64,000 bases of DNA from Kiritimatiellia bacterium (GTDB lineage: Bacteria > Verrucomicrobiota > Kiritimatiellia > JAAZAB01): contig JAXGPF010000003.1 of NCBI GenBank assembly GCA_040767085.1, forward strand, positions 224,001 through 288,000, written 5' to 3'. The notes under the pieces are model-generated. The model had not been told where the DNA came from and ran no database searches. It worked only from the letters and a program-made list of their open reading frames with translations. The position numbers and the translations under genes are program-made. This document shows, in pieces, positions 49,828 to 59,506 of this stretch (position 1 is the stretch's first letter; the number at the start of each line of letters is the position of its first letter).

Positions 49828-51279
49828 TCACCGTACGCCAAAAAGCGCGCCCCCCGGCACGTGTTCGTAACAGCCCATGTCCGCCCGCCGGGTGAAATAA
49901 TCCTGCCGGCGCCGGCCGGCCAGGTCGGTGGATTCGGCCATCCAACCCAGATTGGTCCCGGCATCGATCCCGGGGGATCCTGAAGCCAATCGGTAATCGC
50001 CAGTATCGGCGTCCATAAAAACCGGCGCATTGGTGATGTTGCTGTAGTTTGGCGCGCTCAATTCCACCGGCAGGCTGCAATAAGCGATGACATTGCTGGC
50101 CGGCGACGGGTTGAACAGATCATTGGCCGCGCCCGTATCCGGATGCGAATTCAGCCAGACAATGCAATTGGTGACAAATACATTGCTTGTGCCGGCGCTG
50201 CTGTTGCCCAGGCTCAAACCTGCGCAGGTGCGCGCCTGATTGCTTGCAATTGTGCAGGCATCAATCAAGATCGGGGTATCGCCGAGGGTATAAGTGCTTG
50301 CGCACACCCCGCCGCCATATGAGCCGCCGGCGGTCAGACGATTTCCGGTCACCAGGCAGTTGCGCATCAGGCCGCCGCGATACACATACGCACCGCCGGC
50401 GGAGGTATAGGCGGTGTTGGACACCACCCGGCACCGGTCCAATGTGCCTCCAAAGTACAAATAAACGCCGCCGCCCTGCCCGGACGAATAATTGCCCGAT
50501 ATTTCGCAATCCACCAGCAGGGCGTTGGTGGTGTATACTCCGCCGCCGCGCCCCAAGCCGGTCGTATTGGTAGATTGATTGCCTGAAATCAGGCAGTTGG
50601 AAATCACGCAGGTGGCGCTGCCATAGGAGTAGACGCCGCCGGCGCCATTGCCGCCGCCAGTGTAATTATTGACTACCGCACTGTTATACAATCCCGCCCC
50701 ATCCCGCAACAAAACGCCGGCGCCGGTGCCGAGCGTCGTATGATTATTGCTGATGACACAGTTCCAGGCCGATGCATTTGCGCCAAGACACATCAAGCCG
50801 CCGCCCTGGGCGCCGGACAGCGTGGCGGTATTGTCAACGATCCAGCAATTGGAAATCGTGCCGGCGCCGACATACGCGCCTGCGCCGACACTGCTGCCGC
50901 CGGTAACCACAAATCCGTTGCTGAAGGTGAATCCCGCGACAAAGGCATCGGCATGATTAAGGAAAAGGCAGCGGTTGGTGACATTCGGATAATTGCCGTC
51001 CACTACGGTATCCAGCGGATTGGTTGAGGTCGCGCGCAGGGTAATGCCGCGGCTGATCCCCAAGGACGCGTTCAACACATAGACGCCGTTCGACACCAGC
51101 ACCACGTCGCCGGCGGTCAACGCCTTGGCAATGCCGTTGCTGATGGTCAGGTACGGATTCCCGGCCGAGCCGTCGCCGGCGGTGTCGTTGCCGTTGGTGG
51201 CCACGTAATACGTGGCGGCCGGCGCAAGCAAACCATAACCACAGAACACTGCAACAATTATTGCCGATTTGATGCTCAT
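49828..51279 (-). CDS. Secreted beta-helix protein, choice-of-anchor-Q-like
   Basis: Signal peptide, YYVATNGND, GGG repeats, YRLASGSPGIDAG, DMGCYE. Confidence 0.85.
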   Translation of the reverse strand: MSIKSAIIVAVFCGYGLLAPAATYYVATNGNDTAGDGSAGNPYLTISNGIAKALTAGDVVLVSNGVYVLNASLGISRGITLRATSTNPLDTVVDGNYPNVTNRCLFLNHADAFVAGFTFSNGFVVTGGSSVGAGAYVGAGTISNCWIVDNTATLSGAQGGGLMCLGANASAWNCVISNNHTTLGTGAGVLLRDGAGLYNSAVVNNYTGGGNGAGGVYSYGSATCVISNCLISGNQSTNTTGLGRGGGVYTTNALLVDCEISGNYSSGQGGGVYLYFGGTLDRCRVVSNTAYTSAGGAYVYRGGLMRNCLVTGNRLTAGGSYGGGVCASTYTLGDTPILIDACTIASNQARTCAGLSLGNSSAGTSNVFVTNCIVWLNSHPDTGAANDLFNPSPASNVIAYCSLPVELSAPNYSNITNAPVFMDADTGDYRLASGSPGIDAGTNLGWMAESTDLAGRRRQDYFTRRADMGCYEHVPGGALFGVR

Positions 51280-51322
51280 TTTGCCCTCCAATGAATGTCT
51301 AGCTTTGAGTTTATAATCTTAT

Positions 51323-51940
51323 CTAACACGCTTTAAGTATCGCGACGGCAACCATGTTTCCTAAATATTCATAGCCAGCCGGATTGTAATGGTGTTGATC
51401 GGCGGCCCGCAATTCCACGCGGCCGGCGACCGCCTGATAAAGATCGTTCACGGGAATTTGCGCGCGTTCCATGACGCGCCGCGCCGCCAGATTGCGACTG
51501 ATGACAAGCTTGTTCAATTTCGGATCCAGCCGGCGGCGGCCGCCGAGGCAAACCACCGGCGTTGAAGACGCCCAGAGCAGCTTGGCTTTGCCGGCGAGCT
51601 GCCGCAAATTTCGGAGCAATCTGTTCAAATTCCGCTCGTAAGCTTTAACCGATTGATGCAGGCCGTGCAAGCCGTTGTTGAAATGCACGATTGCATACTT
51701 ACACTCGCTGAACATATATTCCAATTCGCGGAGCAAACCCTGATCATCCAGCGATTTGGATGTTGCCAGTAAATCAACATTAAACCGGCGGTTTAATTGT
51801 TCGGCCGCAAAACGATGGTAACCGTTGGCGATGGAATCCCCGATCAGGAGCGCGCGCGGCTTGCGCATATCCGGCGCATTGCTCCACCGCATCGAACACC
51901 ACTCGATTTTTTCACGGCGAATGTATTTGGTCTTTTGCAT
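51323..51940 (-). CDS. SGNH/GDSL hydrolase
   Basis: IGDSI, FNNGLH, DQHH. Confidence 0.88.
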   Translation of the reverse strand: MQKTKYIRREKIEWCSMRWSNAPDMRKPRALLIGDSIANGYHRFAAEQLNRRFNVDLLATSKSLDDQGLLRELEYMFSECKYAIVHFNNGLHGLHQSVKAYERNLNRLLRNLRQLAGKAKLLWASSTPVVCLGGRRRLDPKLNKLVISRNLAARRVMERAQIPVNDLYQAVAGRVELRAADQHHYNPAGYEYLGNMVAVAILKAC

Positions 51941-52162
51941 ACTGGTCTGATTTTTTCAAAAAGGTGATTCTTCGCTGCATAGTTGCGGTTGCTTTGGAAA
52001 ACGAACACTCGATCGGCCTTTGGAGTTTCAAAGGTTACATGTCCGGCTCGCAATTGTCAACTGTGCGGCGGCTGTGATGCAAACATCATCATCGAAAAAG
52101 ACGGGGCGGCGCGGACCGCGCGCTGCCTTTTTCAATCAATTTGGTTATTTCTCCTGCGTACT

Positions 52163-53860
52163 CTATGTGTCCTTCGTGGTTAATATTCCCCGGGAATCGG
52201 ATTTGAATACCGCAAACGATACCGGCGGCATGATTATGCCGGCGGCCTGCGCCGACTTCCGCTCCAGCCGGCCCTCTCCAAGCACGCATTGCAGCTCTGG
52301 TCCCTCAAATTCGAATGCGGCGCGTTGCTCCCGTCCCGAGGGATTCAAGGCGATGACGAATAACTCGTTGCCGGCGGAACGTTTGTAAACAAAGGGATAA
52401 CCGCCTTGTTCGCGATACAATATATCCAAACGCCCGTCCGCCTGGAGCGCGCGATGCCGCTTGCGTAAGGCAATTAACTTGCGGGTAAAATTAAGCAGGG
52501 AATCCGGGTCGGCATCCTGGTCGGACACCGCCGGGCGGTCGGCAACGGGATCAAGCGGCAGATATAATTGACTCGCCGGCGCCCTGGAGAATCCGGCGTT
52601 GTCGGTCCGATCCCACTGCATCGGCGTCCGCGAGCCGGCGCGCTCACCGAAAAAAGCGCCGTTCGCGGAATAAAGGGTGCTGCCCTCCTTGCCGGCGACA
52701 TCCAGAAAACGCATGCCGATTTCATCGCCGTAATACAAAACTGGCACACCCGGCCAGGTGAAAAAGAAGGCATGCATGACCTTCAGATCGCGGGCGCCGC
52801 GCCCCCCGCAACAAGGCCGTTGAAAATCGTGGTTGGCCGTGGGAAGCGCGATATAGCCACTGCCGTTGACCGCCCGGTTATGCGCCAGATATTCCGACAG
52901 GAATATATTAATGTCCCCGGCGCCGCCGCGGTCGAAATAGCAGGGAAGCTTCTGTTTAAAAGTTCCCTCCGTATTAAACGCCAGGCGGCGGTAGCTTTCC
53001 ATGGTATGCAGCATGAAGTCAATATGGAACCCGGCATCCACGGCCAGCATGGGAAATCCCCACTCCGCAATCAGCACGCCCTCCGGATAACCAGACTCAA
53101 ACCAAGCCCTGATTTCCCGCCAGAGCCGGCGATTGGCGGTGCGCAGCCGGTCATCGTCCTTGACCAGGCTCGCCGCCATATCCACCCGGAACCCCGCGGC
53201 GCCGCGCTCCATCCAGAACCGCATGATGGATTTCAGTTCCGCGCGGTTGGCAAGCGGGCCGGGGGCGTCCGCGGCATCCTGCCAGGGTTCCCGCGGCCGG
53301 GCATACCCGTAATTCAATGCCGGTTGAAACCAGAAAAAGTTTCTGACATAACTGTCGCGCGGCGGGGAATTTTCATCCGGGTAATTCCGGTCTCGCCAGA
53401 TAAACCGGCTCGAATATTCGTTCGGCGTCCTGCGCGCCGACGTCTTGAACCAGGGATGTTCGTTCGAGGTATGGCCGGCCACCAGATCCAGGATCACCCG
53501 GATGCCGCGCGCGGCGGCGCCGTCACAGAACCGTGAGAAATCCTCCATGGCGCCGTAGCGGGGCGCAATTTTGTAGTAATCGCTGACATCATAGCCCGCA
53601 TCGCCGAAAGGCGACTCAAAGCAGGGATTAAGCCAGATGGCGGTCGCGCCCAATGACTTGATATAATCCAGCTTGCCGGTCAGCCCGGGAAAATCGCCGA
53701 TCCCATCGGCATTGGAGTCGCAAAAACTCTGCGGGTAAACCTGGTAAATTACCGCGTCATGCAGCCACAACGGAATACGCCCGGGCTCGCGTTCGCCGGG
53801 TACCGCGGGCGTTATTGAAGGCGGCGCGTTTGATCCTGTTTTAACGGTTTCACGTTTCAT
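52163..53860 (-). CDS. GH13 alpha-amylase family glycosidase
   Basis: YQVYPQSF, LDLVAGHTS, GFRVDMA, IAEW, NHDF, YYGDEIGM, RTPMQW. Confidence 0.92.
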   Translation of the reverse strand: MKRETVKTGSNAPPSITPAVPGEREPGRIPLWLHDAVIYQVYPQSFCDSNADGIGDFPGLTGKLDYIKSLGATAIWLNPCFESPFGDAGYDVSDYYKIAPRYGAMEDFSRFCDGAAARGIRVILDLVAGHTSNEHPWFKTSARRTPNEYSSRFIWRDRNYPDENSPPRDSYVRNFFWFQPALNYGYARPREPWQDAADAPGPLANRAELKSIMRFWMERGAAGFRVDMAASLVKDDDRLRTANRRLWREIRAWFESGYPEGVLIAEWGFPMLAVDAGFHIDFMLHTMESYRRLAFNTEGTFKQKLPCYFDRGGAGDINIFLSEYLAHNRAVNGSGYIALPTANHDFQRPCCGGRGARDLKVMHAFFFTWPGVPVLYYGDEIGMRFLDVAGKEGSTLYSANGAFFGERAGSRTPMQWDRTDNAGFSRAPASQLYLPLDPVADRPAVSDQDADPDSLLNFTRKLIALRKRHRALQADGRLDILYREQGGYPFVYKRSAGNELFVIALNPSGREQRAAFEFEGPELQCVLGEGRLERKSAQAAGIIMPPVSFAVFKSDSRGILTTKDT

Positions 53861-55871
53861 GCCGGACTCCCGCAAGGATAAATACTTTCAACTTAAACGG
53901 CGGAATCTCCGCAGTAAAAACCACCGCGCCTTTTTCCTGCTGCATGGCGGTCACCGCGCCGCCCAGCAACTCCCTGACCGCGCGACAATCCCGGGCCAGG
54001 TGCGCCGGCAGTCTTATCCGCCCGCGCCATGCATCCGGAGAGTTATTGCTTAAAGTCAGGAGCATGTCATTGGCGCGGATATTCACAAGATATTCCACCG
54101 GCGGCCCCTCAATTTCCACCGGCATCAGCGGTTGGAACGCATGATCCAGCACATGCCCGCAGATGTTCATAAAATTATAACAGCCAATCTCATGATTGTA
54201 ATGCGGTGTGGTAACCCAGATGCTGCCCCGCCCCGTTTGCTTGCGCAGCGCCAAGGGGTCCTTTTCATCCTTGTTGATGGCGATTATCTCGGCGTTTTGG
54301 GGCGCTACCGCGGTATACTCGTAATTGCCCTCCGGCAAGGCCTGCCCGCAGATTTTACATACCGAATCCTGCTGGGTCCAGCGCACCCGGCTGAGGATTG
54401 TATATCCGAACAGCCGCGTCAGGTCATCCGGAACCTGCCGGACATTGACAACCAGCGTTCCGCCGTCTTCGGCGTAATTTAACAATTTTTTACACAACAC
54501 CCGATTCAACATCAACCGCCCCAGAATGACCACCGCGCCGTATTGCCTTAGAATCCGCGCCGGGCAATTTTCCAGCACCACATCGAATGAATCCCCCCAG
54601 CGCGACGCGGCCAGGGCTTTTTCGAACGGCCGGACATCGAATCCCTGCCGGATTTTACGCTGATAATCCCGGTTGGACTGCCATGGCAGTCCGGGATGAA
54701 AGGTTTTCATGAACTCATGCCCGACATCAAGGCAGCCCGGGAAGGCGCATTTAAAGAAATTCTCGATCATGAAATCGCCGTGTTCATACGGGACCTTGTT
54801 ACCCCAGACCTGGTAACGATACTTCCAGCGCGGCGCGTCCCAGCCATGGTCGTGTTCCAGCATCAGCGCCACCGGTACATGCGGGCGGCCCCGATCAGGG
54901 CATTCTGCTTTGACAAACCGCATGAACCGTTGCGCCATCCGACCGGCGGGCGAAAGCCGGCGTTGGCGCTGCGGCTGCCGCCAGAAGGCCGTATCCGTCA
55001 TCTCCTGCATGACAAAATCGGCGCCGGAAAGGTAGCCCAGCATCCAGAACCGGAACATCAAATCCGCGGTCGGTCCATTGACGCATTTACCCGACGCCGT
55101 GTAATGCACCGGCATGCGCAGACCGCACACCGCTTCCCAGGCGGAAATGTCCAGCCCCCAGCGGCGCCGATACTGCCGGGCGGCGCCCCGGGCGAAAGCG
55201 ATCCCGAACTGGTAATTGGACAGGCCATTGCCGCGTTCCAACCAGATGGAATCGAAGCCCCACTCCAGGTAATGATGCAGCAGCATCGTGCTGGCGGCAT
55301 GCGCGATGAAATGCATGGGCTTTCCCGGCAACCCGCGCCGGATATACTCCGCCAGGCTGCCGCCGGGGAGCAAAGCCGACTTCAGTCGTTTCAAGGGACC
55401 GCCGCCTTTGACCGGCGGCAATTTATTCATTGGTTCTTCGATCAGCCATTTTTTATACCAGGCCGCCGCCTCGCGCCGGCCGCGAAAATATCCGGGGTGC
55501 GCATTCCAGTTGCAGCCGGTGTCGCGCTCGCCGAAGGCGCAGCCCTGGAATTTTAATCCATGCTGCCGCATTTTTTTCACCGCCAACTGAAATCCGCGAA
55601 CGGAAAGCCGGAACAAATCCATGATGAGCATGTCGGAGTTGGCAACCAAACCGTCAATTTCACCGCCGGTCAGGCCCCAGGCATCGCTCATGATCCTGAA
55701 GCCAGTGCCCAATTGATGCCGGAACACATGCCCGGCTTCGGTTTCAATCTCCGCGGCTTGCCGCTGCAGTTCGCGCCGGTTATTTTTATCCTCGTATTTC
55801 GGCCCGGCAATCTTGTAATTCGTGAAATATTCGCCGATGAATGCAAAACTGTTTTTCTGTTTCCTCTTCAT
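53850..55871 (-). CDS. Hypothetical glycoside-hydrolase-like protein
   Basis: 673-aa ORF overlapping the GH13 start; VPVALMLEHDHGW and NYAEDGGTLVVN resemble a trimerisation-type domain. Confidence 0.55.
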   Translation of the reverse strand: MKRKQKNSFAFIGEYFTNYKIAGPKYEDKNNRRELQRQAAEIETEAGHVFRHQLGTGFRIMSDAWGLTGGEIDGLVANSDMLIMDLFRLSVRGFQLAVKKMRQHGLKFQGCAFGERDTGCNWNAHPGYFRGRREAAAWYKKWLIEEPMNKLPPVKGGGPLKRLKSALLPGGSLAEYIRRGLPGKPMHFIAHAASTMLLHHYLEWGFDSIWLERGNGLSNYQFGIAFARGAARQYRRRWGLDISAWEAVCGLRMPVHYTASGKCVNGPTADLMFRFWMLGYLSGADFVMQEMTDTAFWRQPQRQRRLSPAGRMAQRFMRFVKAECPDRGRPHVPVALMLEHDHGWDAPRWKYRYQVWGNKVPYEHGDFMIENFFKCAFPGCLDVGHEFMKTFHPGLPWQSNRDYQRKIRQGFDVRPFEKALAASRWGDSFDVVLENCPARILRQYGAVVILGRLMLNRVLCKKLLNYAEDGGTLVVNVRQVPDDLTRLFGYTILSRVRWTQQDSVCKICGQALPEGNYEYTAVAPQNAEIIAINKDEKDPLALRKQTGRGSIWVTTPHYNHEIGCYNFMNICGHVLDHAFQPLMPVEIEGPPVEYLVNIRANDMLLTLSNNSPDAWRGRIRLPAHLARDCRAVRELLGGAVTAMQQEKGAVVFTAEIPPFKLKVFILAGVRHET

Positions 55872-55888
55872 ATCACCTCAATAAAAAA

Positions 55889-56205
55889 GGTTCCTCGCCA
55901 GAAAATGCGGATTGAATAGGGAATTCACCACGGAGATACGGAGGCACGGAGAGGAAACGCATGGCGCGTTGCATGCCATGCTCCGGTGCTCTCCCGGAAC
56001 GAGTGTTGCGCGAATTTGGCGCAGGGCGATCCCATCCTGGCCTGCATGGATTAGATCCAATGATCGCCCTGTGCCAAATTCGCGCAACGCCTCCACTGGA
56101 GCACGGGAGGAGTATGGGGGAGACTGGGCTTCTCTGTGCCTCCGTGTCTCCGTGGTGAATCTGCTGTCGGTCAGCGGTGTGTTCGTTCGGATACAAATCA
56201 GTATA
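55889..56205. repeat. Nested palindromic MITE-like element
   Basis: Outer IR 55923-55952/56131-56160 (28/30); inner IR 56005-56031/56062-56088 (26/27). Confidence 0.85.
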
Positions 56206-56305
56206 TGCGTCGCTATTGTCGTAATAAGCTTTACTGCTACATATTAAAGCATTCATCTTAGATTGGTCTCCCATAGATTATGCGGAGCAGCCATAAAAAA
56301 CAATA

Positions 56306-59300
56306 TCAAGGCTCGAATTCCGTGGGTTCCTCGCTCTTTTCCAATTGCAGCGCGTCCAGCCAGACTGCCGCCGCTTCGCCTTCATGCGGCGTCACGGAAA
56401 ACCAGATGCGCGTCGGCATCCGGATACGCCAGGAATACCTTTTCCAATCAGCGGACAACATTACCGTTTCGGCCAGCTTGCCGCTTTTGATCTGGAATTT
56501 TACGCCGGGCCGGTCGGCCTTGATCCAGATGGAGAAGAGATAGTCAATCTCCGGATCGCCGTTGTACGGATCGACATATTCCCCCTGGCTGATTGCCAGG
56601 CCGGCATAATCCCCTTGGGGCGCCATGATCTTCAAAGATTGTTTGCCATGCATGCGCTGTGTATCGTCCAGGAGGTAGCGTTTCTCCATTTCCGCGCGCC
56701 CATAGCGCACGGGGATGTAATAATCCGGCCAGCCGGGAAACGTGCTATCCTCAAAGCTGGGATTGGCAATCATGTTCTTTTTGCCAGTAAAACGCGCGAA
56801 GAGGGGCGCTTCCGTCAACGCCTGTTCCGGATGCGGCGTCATTTCCACCCGCCAGTCCGGCCGGGCATTCCCGGACGGCGCGGATTCGCGCCAGACATAC
56901 ATGCGCGTCGCCAAAGGCGCCAGTTTTTCTGTCAACCGCCCATCGGCAACCGCCATTTGTCCGTCCTCGAGCAACCGGTCAACCGCGGCAACATCGGCCA
57001 ATGACTGACTGGTGAAGCTCGCCGTCACGGGATAGTTGGCAATATTGACTGCCAGCAGCAGGCAACGGCCGTCAGGATAGCGGAAAAAGTTCATCAACAC
57101 GTCCGGAACAATCCCCTTGCCAATGTCAAACTCGCCGGGGGTGTATTCGATCGCGCCAGAGGCCGCATCCCGCATCAAGGCTGGAGCCAGCACTTGAATT
57201 TCACGCGCTAACCGGCTGAGGGTATCCCACATCAGACCGGTAAATACCGGGGCATTGAAATAAAACATGCCGCGCGCGCCGTTAATCAATCCCAGGTAAG
57301 TCTGGCAGCGCTGCTCGGACGGCAGTATGAAACGCTTGTGGGTCATATAAAGGCGTTCGCCCATCAGCAAAAGCCAGAATACTTTTTTCTCGGCATGGCA
57401 GCGCCGGTTGATCAACGCCGTCTCTTTTGCCAGCCATTGCATGCCGTAATTGGAACCGCCGCCGGTGCTGAGATAACAATCCACGCACAAAATATCCAGG
57501 AAGGACGTGGCCTGCGGCACGTCAGGAACACTGCCGCCGTAAACATACAGCAAAGGATGATATCCGTCGGTTTCGTTCAATGTTGCCTGCGCCAGCTGTC
57601 CGGCGACATCCTGCCCCAGCAGCGGAATAATCGGCTCATCGTAAATGAAATAAGCCAGCAGGTTCTCATGCCGCATGGCATGCCTGGCGACTTCGCGGTA
57701 AACGGGCAGATTGCCGCGCACGGTTTCGGTAAACAGCCAGGTAGCCTTCTGGCTGCCCAGCCCGGCGGTCCCGGAAAGTTCCGGGCGTAGAATCAACTCC
57801 TTGGAGGGGATGCCCCATAAAACGTTATTCGTCGGGTCATACCGGAATTCCGGTTGGCGTTTGATTTTTTCAAACAATTCGGCGCCCAATACATTGGCGG
57901 CGTCCGGCACCGGCGTCATGCGGTCAAATTTGTCCGGGCGTACCACTACCTGGATGGCCTGCCCGGCGGCGGTCTCGAGCAATTTTTCAATCCAGGCGGG
58001 CTCATCCGCGTTGGGTGAGGGAATAATGGCGTTCATGCCGGCTTCCGCCATGGCCGCCATGTAAGGTTTGTCGTTAATAACTCCCCACAGCCCCATCGGG
58101 AAAAAAGGCGCGTTGTTTTTCAAGATACACAACCGCTCGAGATCAATTTTTATTTCGCAGCCCGGCCTGGGCGGCCGCCGGACGCAAGTCAATTCCTGCC
58201 CGGCAATGCAGCGCCCCTGATTGTCGCGCAAATCAAGTGTAATCTTGTGCCGGCCTTCCGGCAGCAAATTCAACGGGATCGCCAGTTTGGCCCGCACGCC
58301 GGGGTTTTGCATGGCGGACAACTCGCCCCCTTTTTCATCCAAAGCCCGCAGCACCATGCCAGGCAAAATATCCGCCGGAAGGTTGATTTGCGCTATGGCG
58401 AAAGCGCTCGATTCATCGGTATAATATGACCGATCCAGATAAGCTTCGAAAATATTCAGGGCATCCGTATTGACAATCTTATCCGACTGCCATACTTCGC
58501 GGCCGCCGGGCTGCCGCATGGCAACCCGCACCGCGCGCTTCCCCATGGCCGCAACCGGGACCGGCATCTTTACCGGCATAATCGCATCACCCTGCAAGTC
58601 ACTCAACCTTTTATGTTCCCGGGGAATGCCGCCGGCCGGCTGGTCAATCACCGCCAATTCCACACGGCCGGACGGGCTGGTGCGCGTGAATAATTCCAGC
58701 TCAACATCATAAAATGACTGCCCCGCGGCCTGGTAATAGGCGCCCACCCGCGCATTGCGGAATCCGGGCAGAAACGGCGCATTGAATTCGTGCCCGGCAA
58801 GGTTAAGGATCCGGCCGAATTTGTCCGGGTCGGACCAGAAGCGGCGGCGCACGGGCGCCCAACTGAACATGACGCGTTTTTCATCAACTTTAACATGCAT
58901 CTGGTCGTAAAGCGGGATCACGCAGTGAACCATAAGGTTCAGCCGGGCGCGCGCCAAATCCAGGGAACCTGCATCCAGCATTAATGCAAACGGCAAAGCA
59001 ATTTCAGCCTGCCAGCCGGCATCGGTAATTTTGGCCGCCGAACGCCAGGGGATATCCCATGCTGTATCGCTGCTCGCCACGATCGAATTTTTCTGGTCCG
59101 ACTGCACATTGCCCGCGCTCAGCCGGAAGTGGTACCAGGGGTTAAAACCCGTTCCCGGGTCAAACAGCACCTTGACGCAATCCTCAAACTGCACCCGGCC
59201 GTCGCGCTGCTCCACCTGCGGCGCTATGCTGCCGGCATAGGGATGCGCCACTTTGAAGGCAACGTAAAGCCATTGCGCATCCATGGCCACCCATGCCTGA

Positions 59301-59506
59301 TGACTGTTCGTTTCGCCGACCGGCCCGTCCTCGCCCACGATGAACCAGTGTTTAATCTCCGCCGCATCCCGCCAGCAATCATCGGTTAATCCGCCGTCAA
59401 TCAGCGGCGGCATCCGGCATGCCGGAATGGCAACGGATGGGATTTCCGCGGCGTGAATTGAAATACATGCCAAGATAGCGGCAATGATGATGCAAAATTG
59501 TTTCAT
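56306..59506 (-). CDS. Secreted multidomain CAZyme-like protein (CBM9-like, TIM-barrel GH-like, C-terminal CBM-like)
   Basis: PPLIDGGLTDDCW, WQAEIALPF, PFFPMGLW, YFIYDEP, NMIANPSFE, VWLDALQLE. Confidence 0.7.
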   Translation of the reverse strand: MKQFCIIIAAILACISIHAAEIPSVAIPACRMPPLIDGGLTDDCWRDAAEIKHWFIVGEDGPVGETNSHQAWVAMDAQWLYVAFKVAHPYAGSIAPQVEQRDGRVQFEDCVKVLFDPGTGFNPWYHFRLSAGNVQSDQKNSIVASSDTAWDIPWRSAAKITDAGWQAEIALPFALMLDAGSLDLARARLNLMVHCVIPLYDQMHVKVDEKRVMFSWAPVRRRFWSDPDKFGRILNLAGHEFNAPFLPGFRNARVGAYYQAAGQSFYDVELELFTRTSPSGRVELAVIDQPAGGIPREHKRLSDLQGDAIMPVKMPVPVAAMGKRAVRVAMRQPGGREVWQSDKIVNTDALNIFEAYLDRSYYTDESSAFAIAQINLPADILPGMVLRALDEKGGELSAMQNPGVRAKLAIPLNLLPEGRHKITLDLRDNQGRCIAGQELTCVRRPPRPGCEIKIDLERLCILKNNAPFFPMGLWGVINDKPYMAAMAEAGMNAIIPSPNADEPAWIEKLLETAAGQAIQVVVRPDKFDRMTPVPDAANVLGAELFEKIKRQPEFRYDPTNNVLWGIPSKELILRPELSGTAGLGSQKATWLFTETVRGNLPVYREVARHAMRHENLLAYFIYDEPIIPLLGQDVAGQLAQATLNETDGYHPLLYVYGGSVPDVPQATSFLDILCVDCYLSTGGGSNYGMQWLAKETALINRRCHAEKKVFWLLLMGERLYMTHKRFILPSEQRCQTYLGLINGARGMFYFNAPVFTGLMWDTLSRLAREIQVLAPALMRDAASGAIEYTPGEFDIGKGIVPDVLMNFFRYPDGRCLLLAVNIANYPVTASFTSQSLADVAAVDRLLEDGQMAVADGRLTEKLAPLATRMYVWRESAPSGNARPDWRVEMTPHPEQALTEAPLFARFTGKKNMIANPSFEDSTFPGWPDYYIPVRYGRAEMEKRYLLDDTQRMHGKQSLKIMAPQGDYAGLAISQGEYVDPYNGDPEIDYLFSIWIKADRPGVKFQIKSGKLAETVMLSADWKRYSWRIRMPTRIWFSVTPHEGEAAAVWLDALQLEKSEEPTEFEP

